This document shows, piece after piece, positions 1 through 11,648 of a stretch of DNA of 64,000 bases. A program made the position numbers and the translations under genes. The stretch lies in assembly GCA_000320545.1 (NCBI GenBank), contig ADNK01000697.1, forward strand, positions 1 to 64,000. The letters run 5' to 3'. The first letter of the stretch is position 1. Each line of letters starts with the position of its first letter. Below the pieces are notes generated by a model. It had not been told where the DNA came from. It saw only the letters and a program-made list of their open reading frames with translations, and made no database searches. Origin of the DNA: Bigelowiella natans CCMP2755. Its lineage: Eukaryota > Protista > Cercozoa.

Positions 1-67
1 TAAGAAGGAAGGTAGACGATTCTAATATACATTATTATATGTATATATTCTCAGTTTAGTAAGTTTG

Positions 68-108
<41 letters not shown>

Positions 109-1428
109 AAGTAGCAGCAGCGGCACCAACATGAGCAGCAGAGCGAGTGACCTCGTTATCTCCGTTTGGGACTTCCTCGTAATCCAATTCTCGCTCAGCC
201 TCTATGATCAGTTGGTACTTATCGTCAACTGCAGCACCATTGTTAGCTAGATTTCTCATTGTTTGCGTGAGATATGTCACAGTAGATGCATGCAATCGAC
301 GTGCTTTCAGCAAAGGCGCTCCATCAATTCTCATGCTGCATTTGCCATCGGAATTAGGCCCCATCTTTGATGATTTCTGCAGTAATGATATGGTATTTTT
401 TATTTGGCGGTGTAAGTGAAACGACGATGTATGAGCTTGTAGTGACTTTGAATTACGACTACGTTAGTGCAGTTTCAATAGAGGGATAATTATGGAATCC
501 CCTGCACTGCTATATATGGATATAACCACAACCAGGCCATCATCGAAGAAACACCTCCTCTTTTAGATATCATCGTCTTTTCTAATTGTCATCGTCGATG
601 ATATCACTTACGTGAATGAACATTGCTGAAGGGACAGGGAAGATGCCGATTCCTGTAGCATTCATAACAATCGAATGAAGAACACATTATGTTTCAAACA
701 CAGCCTCATCATGATGACTGACTTCTTTGTTTGTTTGTTTGTTCCCAATACCTTTAAGATCCGCTTGGAATCGCTTCCATCCCTTCCAAGGCATTCCCTC
801 CCAAATATCCTTCCTCTCTTCTTCAACTTTGGGAGATGATGATGATGCTGACGATGATGATGCTGACGATGATGATGATGACGACGATGATGATGACGAT
901 GATGATGATGAAACGGAACTGTCTTTGAATTTTGTTGTTTCGCACTTCGGGCAGGGAGGTGGAGGGGGGCATGAAAACCTGCGATTTAATTACATTTAAT
1001 ACACGGAATTCTATGTTGAGCGGAAAATTGGCTTCCAAGTAGCAACTCCAATCAGCATATTTTTTAGCAATTTTAATGATCAATGATGCCCTCTATGATC
1101 TCATCTTTTTTTATGTAATATTATCAATGTATTCAACCCTGTGGACGTAGCAGAGGCACAGGATGATTCTTGAGCCAACGTTGTTGTTGTTGTTGATGAT
1201 GATGATGGTGATGAGAAGGGGGAGGAGTGTGACGACATCGTAGGGCAGAATCTGATTAGATTTGGATAAGAAAATAAGTCCATGCACAACGTCGTTTCAG
1301 AAAATATTTTCTTCGAGTCAATATACTTACGTGAGAGTAGTGGCCCCCAGTGTTATCATAAGAATTCCTAATTAAAGTGAAGTATCGAGTTTTATAAAAC
1401 GCTACACCAGAAAGGAACTTAATACTCG

Positions 1429-1466
<38 letters not shown>

Positions 1467-2194
1467 GACCAAAAAGGATTGCCCTGGAAGTGTTGTTAAG
1501 ATCAATCCAGGCACTTCTGAGAGGTTTTATTATCGACCATAGTCCTCGTCTTCTAGATTTCATTGCGTATTTACTCCTTTTCCTCAACAGCAATTAGTCA
1601 AGTGTTACTGATCAATCGCTTCGCACGCAAGTGCAACGTGGAGTACAGCAGAGAGACACCGTTAGCCCTCCCCTTGTAAGAGCTATGTTCAGAGGGTTGG
1701 CGACTAGTACGTGTGAAGATGGAAGACCATTTGTCAGTCAAGCAGGGAGGGGGCGGCGATGATAACCTAGTGGCGAATTTATGATTTGATCAGTATCATT
1801 CAAGATCATTTATTGATTTTTTATCTACTAATTTTCTCTTTTTGCAAGTCCATTACTTGATGTCGACATCCTATTATCGATGTCTTTGTAGTAATAATCA
1901 TGGATATTATTGTTGTTTTCATTATTAATTCCAATGTAATAATACCGATGACGATTAGTGCATCATATTCGAAGAGGAAGAGGGGTGAAGGGGAAGAAGA
2001 AGAAGGAGGAGGACGAGGAAAAGGAGAGACGGGAAGCACAGAGGAGAACAAGAATAATACGACGAAGAGAAGAAGAAGAAGAAGACGGCGACGACGACGA
2101 CCGGTACTAATAAGCCTTCCCAACCCGATCCAGCCAACAGGAAGACACGTAACACCGATGAAATCGCAACATTAAGAGGAGAGACTGTGGTCAT
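1..2194 (-). CDS. Multi-exon hypothetical protein, probable type II membrane protein; 3' end probably runs off the window
   Basis: Basic stretch plus hydrophobic helix (RRRRRLLLLLLFVVLFLFSSVL, ORF 1821..2123). Coding-like segments follow: WSCYLEANFPLNIEFR; PPPPPCPKCETTKFKD-polySer-PKVEEERKDIWEGMPWKGWKRF (~750-975); KMGPNSDGKC...EEVPNGDNE ending at a GT donor (~150). Start and exon chain not fully resolved. Confidence 0.5.
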
Positions 2195-2286
2195 AGACAG
2201 AGTAGTTCTAAGCTACATCATTTCAACTGTATTTTTCAGCCCGTGTCATCTCCAGATTGAAGAGGACAACAGAAATGAAGAGGGTA

Positions 2287-3435
2287 ATGACACTGAGCAT
2301 AGTGAACAACAACAGTTCTTACAGTCTTTCACTCAAACTTTCAATCTATTAGTTATCATTACTTCTCGCGTTACCGTTGGCCGCACAGCCATATGGAATC
2401 TCTAGAGTTGCTCGTCCCTGTGCATTCAAAGCCGTCATTGCCCCAGCCTTTAGACGCAAACGAATCAGCACAAGTAATCAGGCTACTATTTAATCCGATT
2501 TAGCCTCGAAGCAGCAATTGGCTTCTGACTACGTTTATCTCTAGCTTGTTTCTTTTCTTTGCTTTTCCAGATATTCAAGTTCCTTTACGAGGATGATGTT
2601 TGATCATATTCGCTCAGATGCGCAAGCTCCTAAGGATCCTGTTTGGTCACCTACCACTGCTCCTGGGGAAATTGAAGGGTTGTACAACCTTCTCAAGAGC
2701 AAAAAGATGATTAGAACTTACGACGAGGTAGAAATTCCAATTACAGAAGCGTGGGGAAATGACAGAGCTGTTGTAGCATTTCTTCGACACTATGGGTAAT
2801 ATTCTCTCTAAAATTCATCATTTATAATAGCCCGACTCGATAATACAGCATTCACTTGTGATTCCGAAAAGTGCAGAAGATCTGAAATTATTCGGTCCTA
2901 CAACAAAGACTTCTTCTTCTTCCTTCTACACAATACCAACTCAGGTGACTATTTTGCTGGGAGCTAGGGAAAACCCTTGCAGACTACATTCCAGACTTTA
3001 AGAAGGCGGTATTACGTTGGACGCAGCATCAGATTTCTTCGATTTAAGCATTTCTTCTTAATTTTTTAGGGTGTGAATTTGGTCGCAATCGGTATTGGCG
3101 ACGCTGACAAGGCCAGAGAATTTTGTAGGGAGACAGGCTTCCCGGAAGAATATCTGTAATATGTTTACAAAATTCTATAGTCGATTGAAATTATCATTAT
3201 CATGAGTAAAGGGGTTTTAACAAGATAAACAACGTGTGCGTATGTGTGTATATGTTTCGATTTGATTGCCTCTTTGAACCAGATACTCGGATGATGGAGG
3301 AACCTATCGCGATGCTGGGTTCCGTGGAGGCATAAAGGACACCTTCTTCAGATCAGCAACATTGTCCTCATTGACAACAAGATTAAGCGGTTAACTAATA
3401 ATTATACATTCTCTCTCTCTCGCTCGCTCGCTCTT

Positions 3436-3512
<77 letters not shown>

Positions 3513-4167
3513 TTCTGACTGTATGCGTGTGTTTGCGTGGTGCGACCTATTCTTGAATTTTTGATTTGAGCTAATCCTGCTTTGATATAGACGAGAGCGA
3601 GAGAAAGCGACTTGGGAAAACCCTCCTTCCAGCATATCTGAAAGCATGGGGTCGTGACGGGTCTAAGTGGCTGCCTCCTCGATTTGAATATGGAATTGCT
3701 GACGGACTTGAGCAAGGGCTACAGCAAGGGGGGCAATTTGTATTCGAGGTAGTCATCAAAATCCATGCGCAAATTTTATATTTTATTATTAAATTATGAT
3801 TTGTTCCATCATCAATTTGTTATCTTACCAAGGGGGATAGGCTCCTATTTGCTCACTTCGACCAAGGGACTGCAGCTCATGCTGACATCAAGCTTCTCCT
3901 TAAACGTGATCATCAATAAAAATAATATGGAATATTTCACAAATTAGAACCCAAAATTAGAACAAAAATATCCAATATTTTTACCCAACATTCGCAGGAC
4001 TGGAAGTATTCATGTTTTCAGCATACAATATGTATTTCGTTAGTATTGCGGCAATTAATGATGTTGAGTTCTGTTTGTGGAAGCTGCACTTGATCTAAAT
4101 TATTAAACAAACAATTTTGTGCAATACACCGATTTATTCTGTAGGTGCTGGAGTGATTGAAGATTAA
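2287..4167 (+). CDS. SelU: Peroxiredoxin-like (AhpC/TSA_2, SelU/PRXL2 family) protein with in-frame UGA at the redox Cys: probable selenoprotein, probably plastid-targeted
   Basis: Exon ending AVVAFLRHYG(G) at 2795 splices (GT 2796, AG 2944) to G-TGA-CTA-TTT-TGC-TGG-GAG = G-U-L-F-C-W-E-L. Then GVNLVAIGIGDADKAREFCRETGFPEEYL (3070-), YSDDGGTYRDAGF, GLQQGGQFVFE, GDRLLFAHFDQGTAAHADI. Stop at 3919, or at 4167 via a last intron 3906-4144. Tentative leader MTLSI|LSLLLALPLAAQ-PYGISRVARPCAFKAV; its junction to the next exon is unresolved. Confidence 0.85.
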
Positions 4168-4559
4168 TGTGAACTCGTTCTTTTTGGTTTACGCTGTCTA
4201 CAAAGCGTTTCAATGGGCAATTTGCTTTAAATCGCTTTTGTGACTAGATTGGATAATGTAAAACATGAAGCGAATTCATGAAAGGTCTTTCATACTGATT
4301 TTGAAAAAGTTTATTTGTCTACTTGTTGAGTGATGCAACAGTGCAGGTAGTGTCCTCACAATCATCCAACTTGTGGACCGCATATGCAATATCAGCGACC
4401 AGTGATTTCGTGGAGAATTATACCATTACATTGTTGATCTAGTTATCCACACGAAGATAGCAAGTTTATTGCCCCATATCCGAATCATGCAGATCCAGGT
4501 GTCTTAGGACTTAGTAACATATCTTTTGTTTGCCGAAATCTTGTTATAATATTCGCATC

Positions 4560-5720
4560 GGCGCCGATCAGCGCGGATCAGTAATAATAGCATATGACAA
4601 TATTAAATAGACACACTTATTTCGTAGTATGAGTACGGCGCCACCGCGATGCGATGCTGCATGGACGCATGAAGTAGCATGTGCTGTGCATGGCAGGTGC
4701 CACGATCGACCTTCTAGTAATCGAAGATTCTGGATGTCTGCCTTGTGACAGCGTTCGTATACGCATCTAAGCGTACATACAGGTTACTAGCTGTCTATTA
4801 GCAGCTGTGGTGTGTCGTAACGATGAGGCTGCTCATCTAGCTGCCACATGCTGCATGAGATGGAATGGACGATCCCATTGATAGAAGGCTATGAAACACG
4901 CTCCAATAAGCTAAGGCTAGAAAGCCCAATAAGCTAGCGATTGCTAGATTGCGAGCAAGCCTACCTAGCACTACGTGCGCATTGCAGGTAGTATAGTAGC
5001 TACTAGGCTAGCTAGCTAGCATCCGCGCATACAATGCTTGTGACAGACGAACAATCGAACAATGCATGCCACTACGCACGAGAACTACGATGCGCATGCA
5101 TGATGGAGGCTCATATAGCAGGGCTTTTCTTCTTTCCTTTGACTTGCACATCACCTCGCTCGATCAAGTTATAGGGCATGTGTGCCATGCTAGCATGGTC
5201 ATGGCACCATAGCATGGCACCACATGTATCATCCATACATGCAAAGAGCAGCTACCCTTCCATCAGTCAAATTGACTGCGTGCCACAGCGCACATATGCG
5301 GTGAACAAGCTCTGCACAACGCCATACGCCTGCAGCGTGTACGTACGTAGCTGCTATGTTGTACGTTATTGTTCAGCGTGGTCTGCTAGTGCAGCATCGC
5401 ATGGTTATCAGTTATCAGCTAAATCTTCCTCATTATATTGACGATGATGCTACATATAATGCTAGGTCTATATCTAGCCAGCATTGTGAATTCTTTTGAT
5501 CGGTGCATGCAGCATGTCTAGATGTGCATAATGCTTGTACACGAGCGATTTGCGTGCATATGTCAGCATATGCCCGGATGCCCGGCCAACAACTCGACAA
5601 AATGATTTATTATACCATCATGTCAGCACAGCGTAGCACATCAGCGTTGCAGACCTAGTATCTGCACATTCGCTTAATGAATGAAATTGATAGACACTTC
5701 ATCTATATGGATCTAGTACT
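4560..5720. repeat. Palindrome-rich intergenic island (GCATGC, TGCA, CTAG, TAGCTA words)
   Basis: Dense self-complementary words (e.g. gctagctagctagc ~5010, catgctagcatg ~5187), no credible ORF, lies between convergent 3' ends. Confidence 0.55.
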
Positions 5721-5838
5721 GACAATATTTCGTTACCTTTAATGAAGTTTTTGAAACTGTGTAGTAATAGTGAAGTGCATTATAGGAAACTGTGTTACTT
5801 CTACGAGCTATGCAGTGATGAATGACCCTACGGTTATT

Positions 5839-6619
5839 CTATTCCTTGCAAGGGCAGCACATGCTATCGCCGTTCTTCTTATTGTGGCGAATGGTGTTGA
5901 GAACTTCCAAGAAGGATGGGAGCGGCATCTGGGAGCCATCTCCAGAAGGAGTTCCAGCTGCAACGACAGCTGCAGCTGCGTTACCAGCAGCGGAACACTC
6001 ACAGCATTTTGGGGTGGTTGCACATTCAGGCTTTTCACACTGGAGCTCACATTTTGGCTTAGGGCAAGTAGTTGGCTTCCTGCACTTCCAATCGCACTGA
6101 GTCTCTTCACACACAGGATTGCACTTTGGCTCTGGAGCTACGCACTTAGTGTGGCATTTAGCAGGAGAACACACAGTCTCACACTTAGGGCAGCCCTCTT
6201 CCTCGCACATATCCTTAGGGCACCTTACAGAACAGATGGGCCTCTCACAGTGGATTGTGCACTTGGCACAAGGAGTCTGATGACAATCAAATAAGTAACA
6301 AATCAGCAGTCTCTTCAAGATAAGGGGAGAGGGAGGGTATGCGAGAAGCTAAGAATGTGTTTTTGACCTCCTCACAGCTGATTTCACATTTTGGTCTTTC
6401 GCAAACAGGATGACAAACAGCAGGACAGGATGGATCATCACATTGCCATTTGCATTCCGGGTGGCATTGCGCCTAACAATAAAAGAAAATAACGTCAATT
6501 AGACAATCAATTACAATTCTACGTCACTGCAGTACCTCTGCGGTAGAATTCATTGTTGTTGCAAACGCAACAGAGCCAAAGAGAATTAGAGCAAGAGATT
6601 GAATAGGGGTAGGAGCCAT
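5839..6619 (-). CDS. Secreted cysteine-rich repeat protein, copy A (208 aa, 3 exons)
   Basis: Exons 6619-6536, 6472-6368 and 6276-5839 join in frame through phase-0 GT-AG introns of 63 and 91 nt. Signal peptide MAPTPIQSLALILFGSVAFA, then QCHPECKWQCDDPSCPAVCHPVCERPKC...; 33 Cys by my count. Confidence 0.9.
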
Positions 6620-6951
6620 TGTGAGTGTTTAAGAAGACGATTAGGATAGTCTAGAATTTGATTCTGGGCTGAGGACTTTCAAATTTAAATATCCGAATTA
6701 ATAAAATTGAATTGATACACGTAATTAATTCGCTTTAATGAATTCAGTCCGTAATCGAAGATATTAAAACGTTTAAAATTAATTTAGGTTAAAATTCATG
6801 TCGCAAGTGAGGAAGGGGATCGTTTTTTACAAAGATTCAAATTAAAAAAAAGAATTAAAACTGCGCTAGTGTGCAGATGGATTTCAAATTTAAAAATTAA
6901 AAAGTGATAAGTTGTCAAAACCAGAACAACCACATCTCCCCACCCCAAACA
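6620..6951. promoter_or_regulatory. Putative bidirectional promoter between the inverted Cys-rich genes
   Basis: 332-bp AT-rich unique spacer between ATGs at 6619 (-) and 6952 (+). The role is inferred from position only. Confidence 0.55.
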
Positions 6952-7731
6952 ATGGCTCCTACCCCTATTCAATCTCTTGCTCTAATTCTCTTTGGCTCTG
7001 TTGCGTTTGCAACAACAATGAATTGGAGGTACGTGTTTTCTACACCAAATATGATTCATTGCAAAACCTAATCTAATTGATTTGCCAATATACGTAGGCG
7101 CAATGCCACCCGGAATGCAAATGGCAATGTGATGATCCATCCTGTCCTGCTGTTTGTCATCCTGTTTGCGAAAGACCAAAATGTGAAATCAGCTGTGAGG
7201 AGGTCAAAAACACATTCTTAGCTTCTCGCATACCCTCCCTCTCCCCTTATCTTGAAGAGACTGCTGATTTGTTACTTATTTGATTGTCATCAGACTCCTT
7301 GTGCCAAGTGCACAATCCACTGTGAGAGGCCCATCTGTTCTGTAAGGTGCCCTAAGGATATGTGCGAGGAAGAGGGCTGCCCTAAGTGTGAGACTGTGTG
7401 TTCTCCTGCTAAATGCCACACTAAGTGCGTAGCTCCAGAGCCAAAGTGCAATCCTGTGTGTGAAGAGACTCAGTGCGATTGGAAGTGCAGGAAGCCAACT
7501 ACTTGCCCTAAGCCAAAATGTGAGCTCCAGTGTGAAAAGCCTGAATGTGCAACCACCCCAAAATGCTGTGAGTGTTCCGCTGCTGGTAACGCAGCTGCAG
7601 CTGTCGTTGCAGCTGGAACTCCTTCTGGAGATGGCTCCCAGATGCCGCTCCCATCCTTCTTGGAAGTTCTCAACACCATTCGCCACAATAAGAAGAACGG
7701 TGATAGCATGTGCTGCCCTTGCAAGGAATAG
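6952..7731 (+). CDS. Secreted cysteine-rich repeat protein, copy B (inverted duplicate of copy A)
   Basis: Exons 6952-7032 (or 7028), 7098-7202, 7294-7731. Exon 2, intron 2 and exon 3 equal the reverse complement of copy A except one synonymous change (GGC/GGT). The frame is kept only if the GT at 7033 is the donor. Confidence 0.8.
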
Positions 7732-7859
7732 ACAAATTGGGCTACCCTGTGTTAGTGCAGCCATTCGCTTTTAATATTAGTTGAGAATGTGATTACAGTC
7801 AATCTACTTTCATCTTTCCTGTACAGCGTATAAGGTGCGCACGAGACTGTGGATCTTCT

Positions 7860-8780
7860 CTAACTTTGGTTGCATGAATACTGTGTAGCATGCACTGATG
7901 AGCAATGCGCTGTACGTTATCGCCTACAATAACGCGTTTATTATGCTTCGCGATATTTAATACAAGAATGCTTACAATCTTGAATAATGAGCCACTGAAC
8001 ATGCAGCTGGGCGAATTAATTGTCAGTGCGTCACCGTCTGCATGCAAGCGCCGTGAAGGCAATGACACGCTACGATCGACGTACATATGATGGCCATCAT
8101 TGACGACGGTCGCATCGCACACATGCTAGCATGCATGCTAGCATGTGCATTGCTGCCGCCAGCCGTGATCACTTATTGCTATATGTGCAGCATGTGAAGC
8201 TAGCCTCACAGAAGAGGTGTGTGCACGCAGCTCAAGCTTGATCAGATCGAACAGCTGCCAATAAGATGTAGTACAAGTAGTGCATCACCAAATGACCATG
8301 CAAGGAACGTCCGTGCATACTAGCCGTACACATGGCACACGTGTATACGCACATAGCTAGCTAGCCTAGAAGCCCAGAAGATGACACATGGCGATGGACG
8401 CATATGCACAGCTAGTAGATGATTGTTGCTGCAGCGCGCTGCGCGGCGCCGCCATGCATGCATTGCCGCGAACGCTGACGACAATTTTAATCGAGATGCA
8501 TGCTATGTAGCTAATGCTATGCGTGCCATGCTAGCATGATCACACACGTCTAGACGTGCGTAGCTATATAGAGGAGACAAATACGACTATGAGGTGCCAA
8601 ACTGCGCGCTCCAAATGCCACCTGCTACCCATGCATATGTATTGGATGCCAGAAGCTTTGATTTCCTGCAATTCATGCTAATAGCAGGGAGGATGGGTAT
8701 CGCTTTGAAAAATATGCAGCAGCGAACGACAAATGACTAATTTATGCTAATGCACAGCACTCGCACTCGTGTGCGGCCAA
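7860..8780. repeat. Palindrome-rich intergenic island containing a 28-bp perfect palindrome (8120-8147)
   Basis: cacatgctagcatgcatgctagcatgtg is its own reverse complement; many GCATGC/CTAG/GCGC words; lies between convergent 3' ends. Confidence 0.6.
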
Positions 8781-8949
8781 GCAGACACAGCGGAATCCCA
8801 CTAATCTTTGTAAGTGTACGCATACTTTGAAAAACCAAGATATATATCTAGCTAATGTATCACGACTTAAGGCTCTATTTTCTTATCGCTATGATTTTGC
8901 ATTGGACATTGAATACACACCTACTTCAGTACTGTGCAACTGTCTTTGA

Positions 8950-9071
8950 AGGTAGCAAACACACATTTGAGCCTATAATATTTAGGAATTTACCATTGTG
9001 GCCTCCACCATTTTTCGATATCTGAAGTACATATGAAGGCCCATTCAGGTGTTGTGCATCCATAGAAAGGC

Positions 9072-9109
<38 letters not shown>

Positions 9110-9833
9110 CAAACAATACTTGCGACAACGACAACAACAACAACATGGTTGCTCCTACGAATAATAAGGTGGTTAGCTTTGTGTTTCTACTACTGTGAAA
9201 AGAATATTTGAGGCGCTCGTTGAGGATGGATATATCCCCGCCAGGTCTGACCACCATGAAAAACCACCACCATTATCCAAATAATCTCAGTATAATATCT
9301 AGAATAAGGCAATATAATAATAAACAACAACAGCAACGCATGATGGATTACCTGGAACATGATTTCGTTTAGAAGAGAGAAAAGCGACTCAAGATCTATA
9401 TTCCATCCAGACTGCCCAAATCCAGCATTGATACACGCTCTTCGTGGTAGTATTAGTAATAGTAGTAGTAGTAGGAGGAGGAGGAGGAGCAGGTGAAAAG
9501 ATGAAGACAAGTGGCAGTGATGATTCATTGAATTGTGTCCTCTATTATCTCATGCCAGTAGTGGTTATGAGCAAAAAGCAGTATTTATCACCATAAGATC
9601 ATCTACTATCGTATACAACAATAATGGTGTGTTTATCAAACTACAGACGAAAAGGGGTGGATGGATGGATGCATTCGTTGGTCGTTCATATCATCATATT
9701 ACTACTACTACTACTACTCCAGTTCTACCCACTATCACAGCTAGTATTATCATCATTATTTATCACAACTACCTGTAGTCTATCCCATCAGACGAAATCT
9801 TCTCATCCAATACACACACACACACATGCAAAG

Positions 9834-9875
<42 letters not shown>

Positions 9876-10260
9876 CAAAGCACATACTCAGAGCACATTG
9901 ACATCTCTGAGCTATATAGCTAAAGTTGTGGTTATAACAGCAGCTACAGAAGCAGCTCTGTAGTACATACCCGGTGTGCACTTTCTCTCAAATCATCGAG
10001 CCGGAGCCAAAGACTGATCATAATAATAACGATGATATGATGAATGCCAGGCAAAAGAATGACTGGTGTGTTATCGATCGGCATGTTATCTTTATGTTTA
10101 ACAGAGTCATAGCAGCAATAACACATAGCAGCAACAATACCTCCTCATTCTTTTAAAGTTTGCAATACTTCCGAACATGTCCAGATACCTTTTGGTTTCA
10201 TCATCATCATCATCATCATCATTATCATCATCAGTCTTCTCAGCTATGCTACAATTGACG

Positions 10261-10318
<58 letters not shown>

Positions 10319-10359
10319 TCGATTTTGTTGGTGTTGAACAGCACGAGGAGGAGGAGGAG

Positions 10360-10398
<39 letters not shown>

Positions 10399-10512
10399 GA
10401 AGCTGCTTCTGCCTACTGGTTGATATTGAGCATAAGATGAGGATGGCGTGATCATTCTCTATTAGTGAAGTTTCTTTGTTTAGTCTGCTGCTAGCACTGT
10501 ATTCTTAGAGGA

Positions 10513-10547
<35 letters not shown>

Positions 10548-10900
10548 CCACTTTACTGATAGCTCTGCTGTAACCTCGAAAACCTAAGTCAATCGTAGGA
10601 TTTCAATCAGCAGAAATAACACAACATTGTGTGCAGGAGACGGCTATGTGTGCTTGTGCTTTTTCTCAGTATTTTTGTCGTTTGGTATGTTTGATAGAAG
10701 TAGTATCATAATGAATCACATGATTTTTGGAGAGGAATCGTGTCAATGTAGGGCTAAAGTATTCGGTTTGTGAATACTCCGAGCTATGGTTCCAAAAACA
10801 ACAGAATCAAAAGAAGAGATAAGATCAGATTCGTATATTCTATAAGGTAGATGTTAATCATAATCGGCGCAACTTAAGACCAAAACATGGGGTAGAACAG

Positions 10901-10966
<66 letters not shown>

Positions 10967-11607
10967 AATGATGATTTTATTTGCATACTAGTTTTAGCAC
11001 AAGCAACGTCGTATTCGCGTATAAAAATAGTGGTAAAAGCTGCCAACTTAAATAGTGGTAAAAGCTGCCAACTTTTTTTAAGTAGGAGCAGCAGTTTTGA
11101 TTGTATTCCAGTAGTAACAGCAGCAGGTTGTTACGTCACCGTGTGGTAGGTAGGGAGGTAGGTAGGTAGGTAGGTAGGTAGTAGTAGTTTGTGTAGTAAC
11201 GTACTTTGGGATCCACGCCAAAAACCAGTTGTTAAGGCCTTTAGGAGTGGACTCACGTGTTATTCGGAACTCTGCCCAGTACCTTACCGATCACAATTAT
11301 ATAATTGAATATTCAGCACACATTATTGTAGGAGAATGCTTTGAACAGTTGTTAACACAGCTAATGATTGTCCACTACTACTCGATATATGCTTGGTCAT
11401 CATCCACATTCTTTACTCCTCCGAGAAGGTGTGGGTTCTGGAAATTGAACATCACAACAATTAACTCGCATATCTGTAGTTTGGTCATGGTGGCAGTATA
11501 CTATAAAAGTATAATCTCTCTCTACTGACCTCGGGGCGTGCAGGTAAATGGGGCATTAACAGACTCGGTCCCTAATAAGGATTTCATTTAGCGTTCGAAA
11601 TAAATGT

Positions 11608-11648
<41 letters not shown>

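Noticed and set aside
1256-1400. RYFTLIRNSYDNTGGHYSH resembling a sulfotransferase 3'-PB motif
   Set aside because: Partial match only, and no 5'-PSB motif found, so gene 1 is left unassigned.
2728-2746. 19-nt GT...AG segment resembling a nucleomorph-type tiny intron
   Set aside because: Reading through gives family-like EVEIPITEAW in frame; removing 19 nt would shift the frame.
4050-4870. Candidate SECIS hairpins (ATGA at ~4058, ~4266, ~4593, ~4823)
   Set aside because: By eye none gave both a well-paired helix with a GA quartet and an apical AA; needs SECISearch3.
5770-7774. Overlapping ORFs of 84-174 aa on both strands over the Cys-rich genes
   Set aside because: Antisense or alternate-frame shadows of exon 3. 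The listed MKRLLICYLF start lies inside intron 2.
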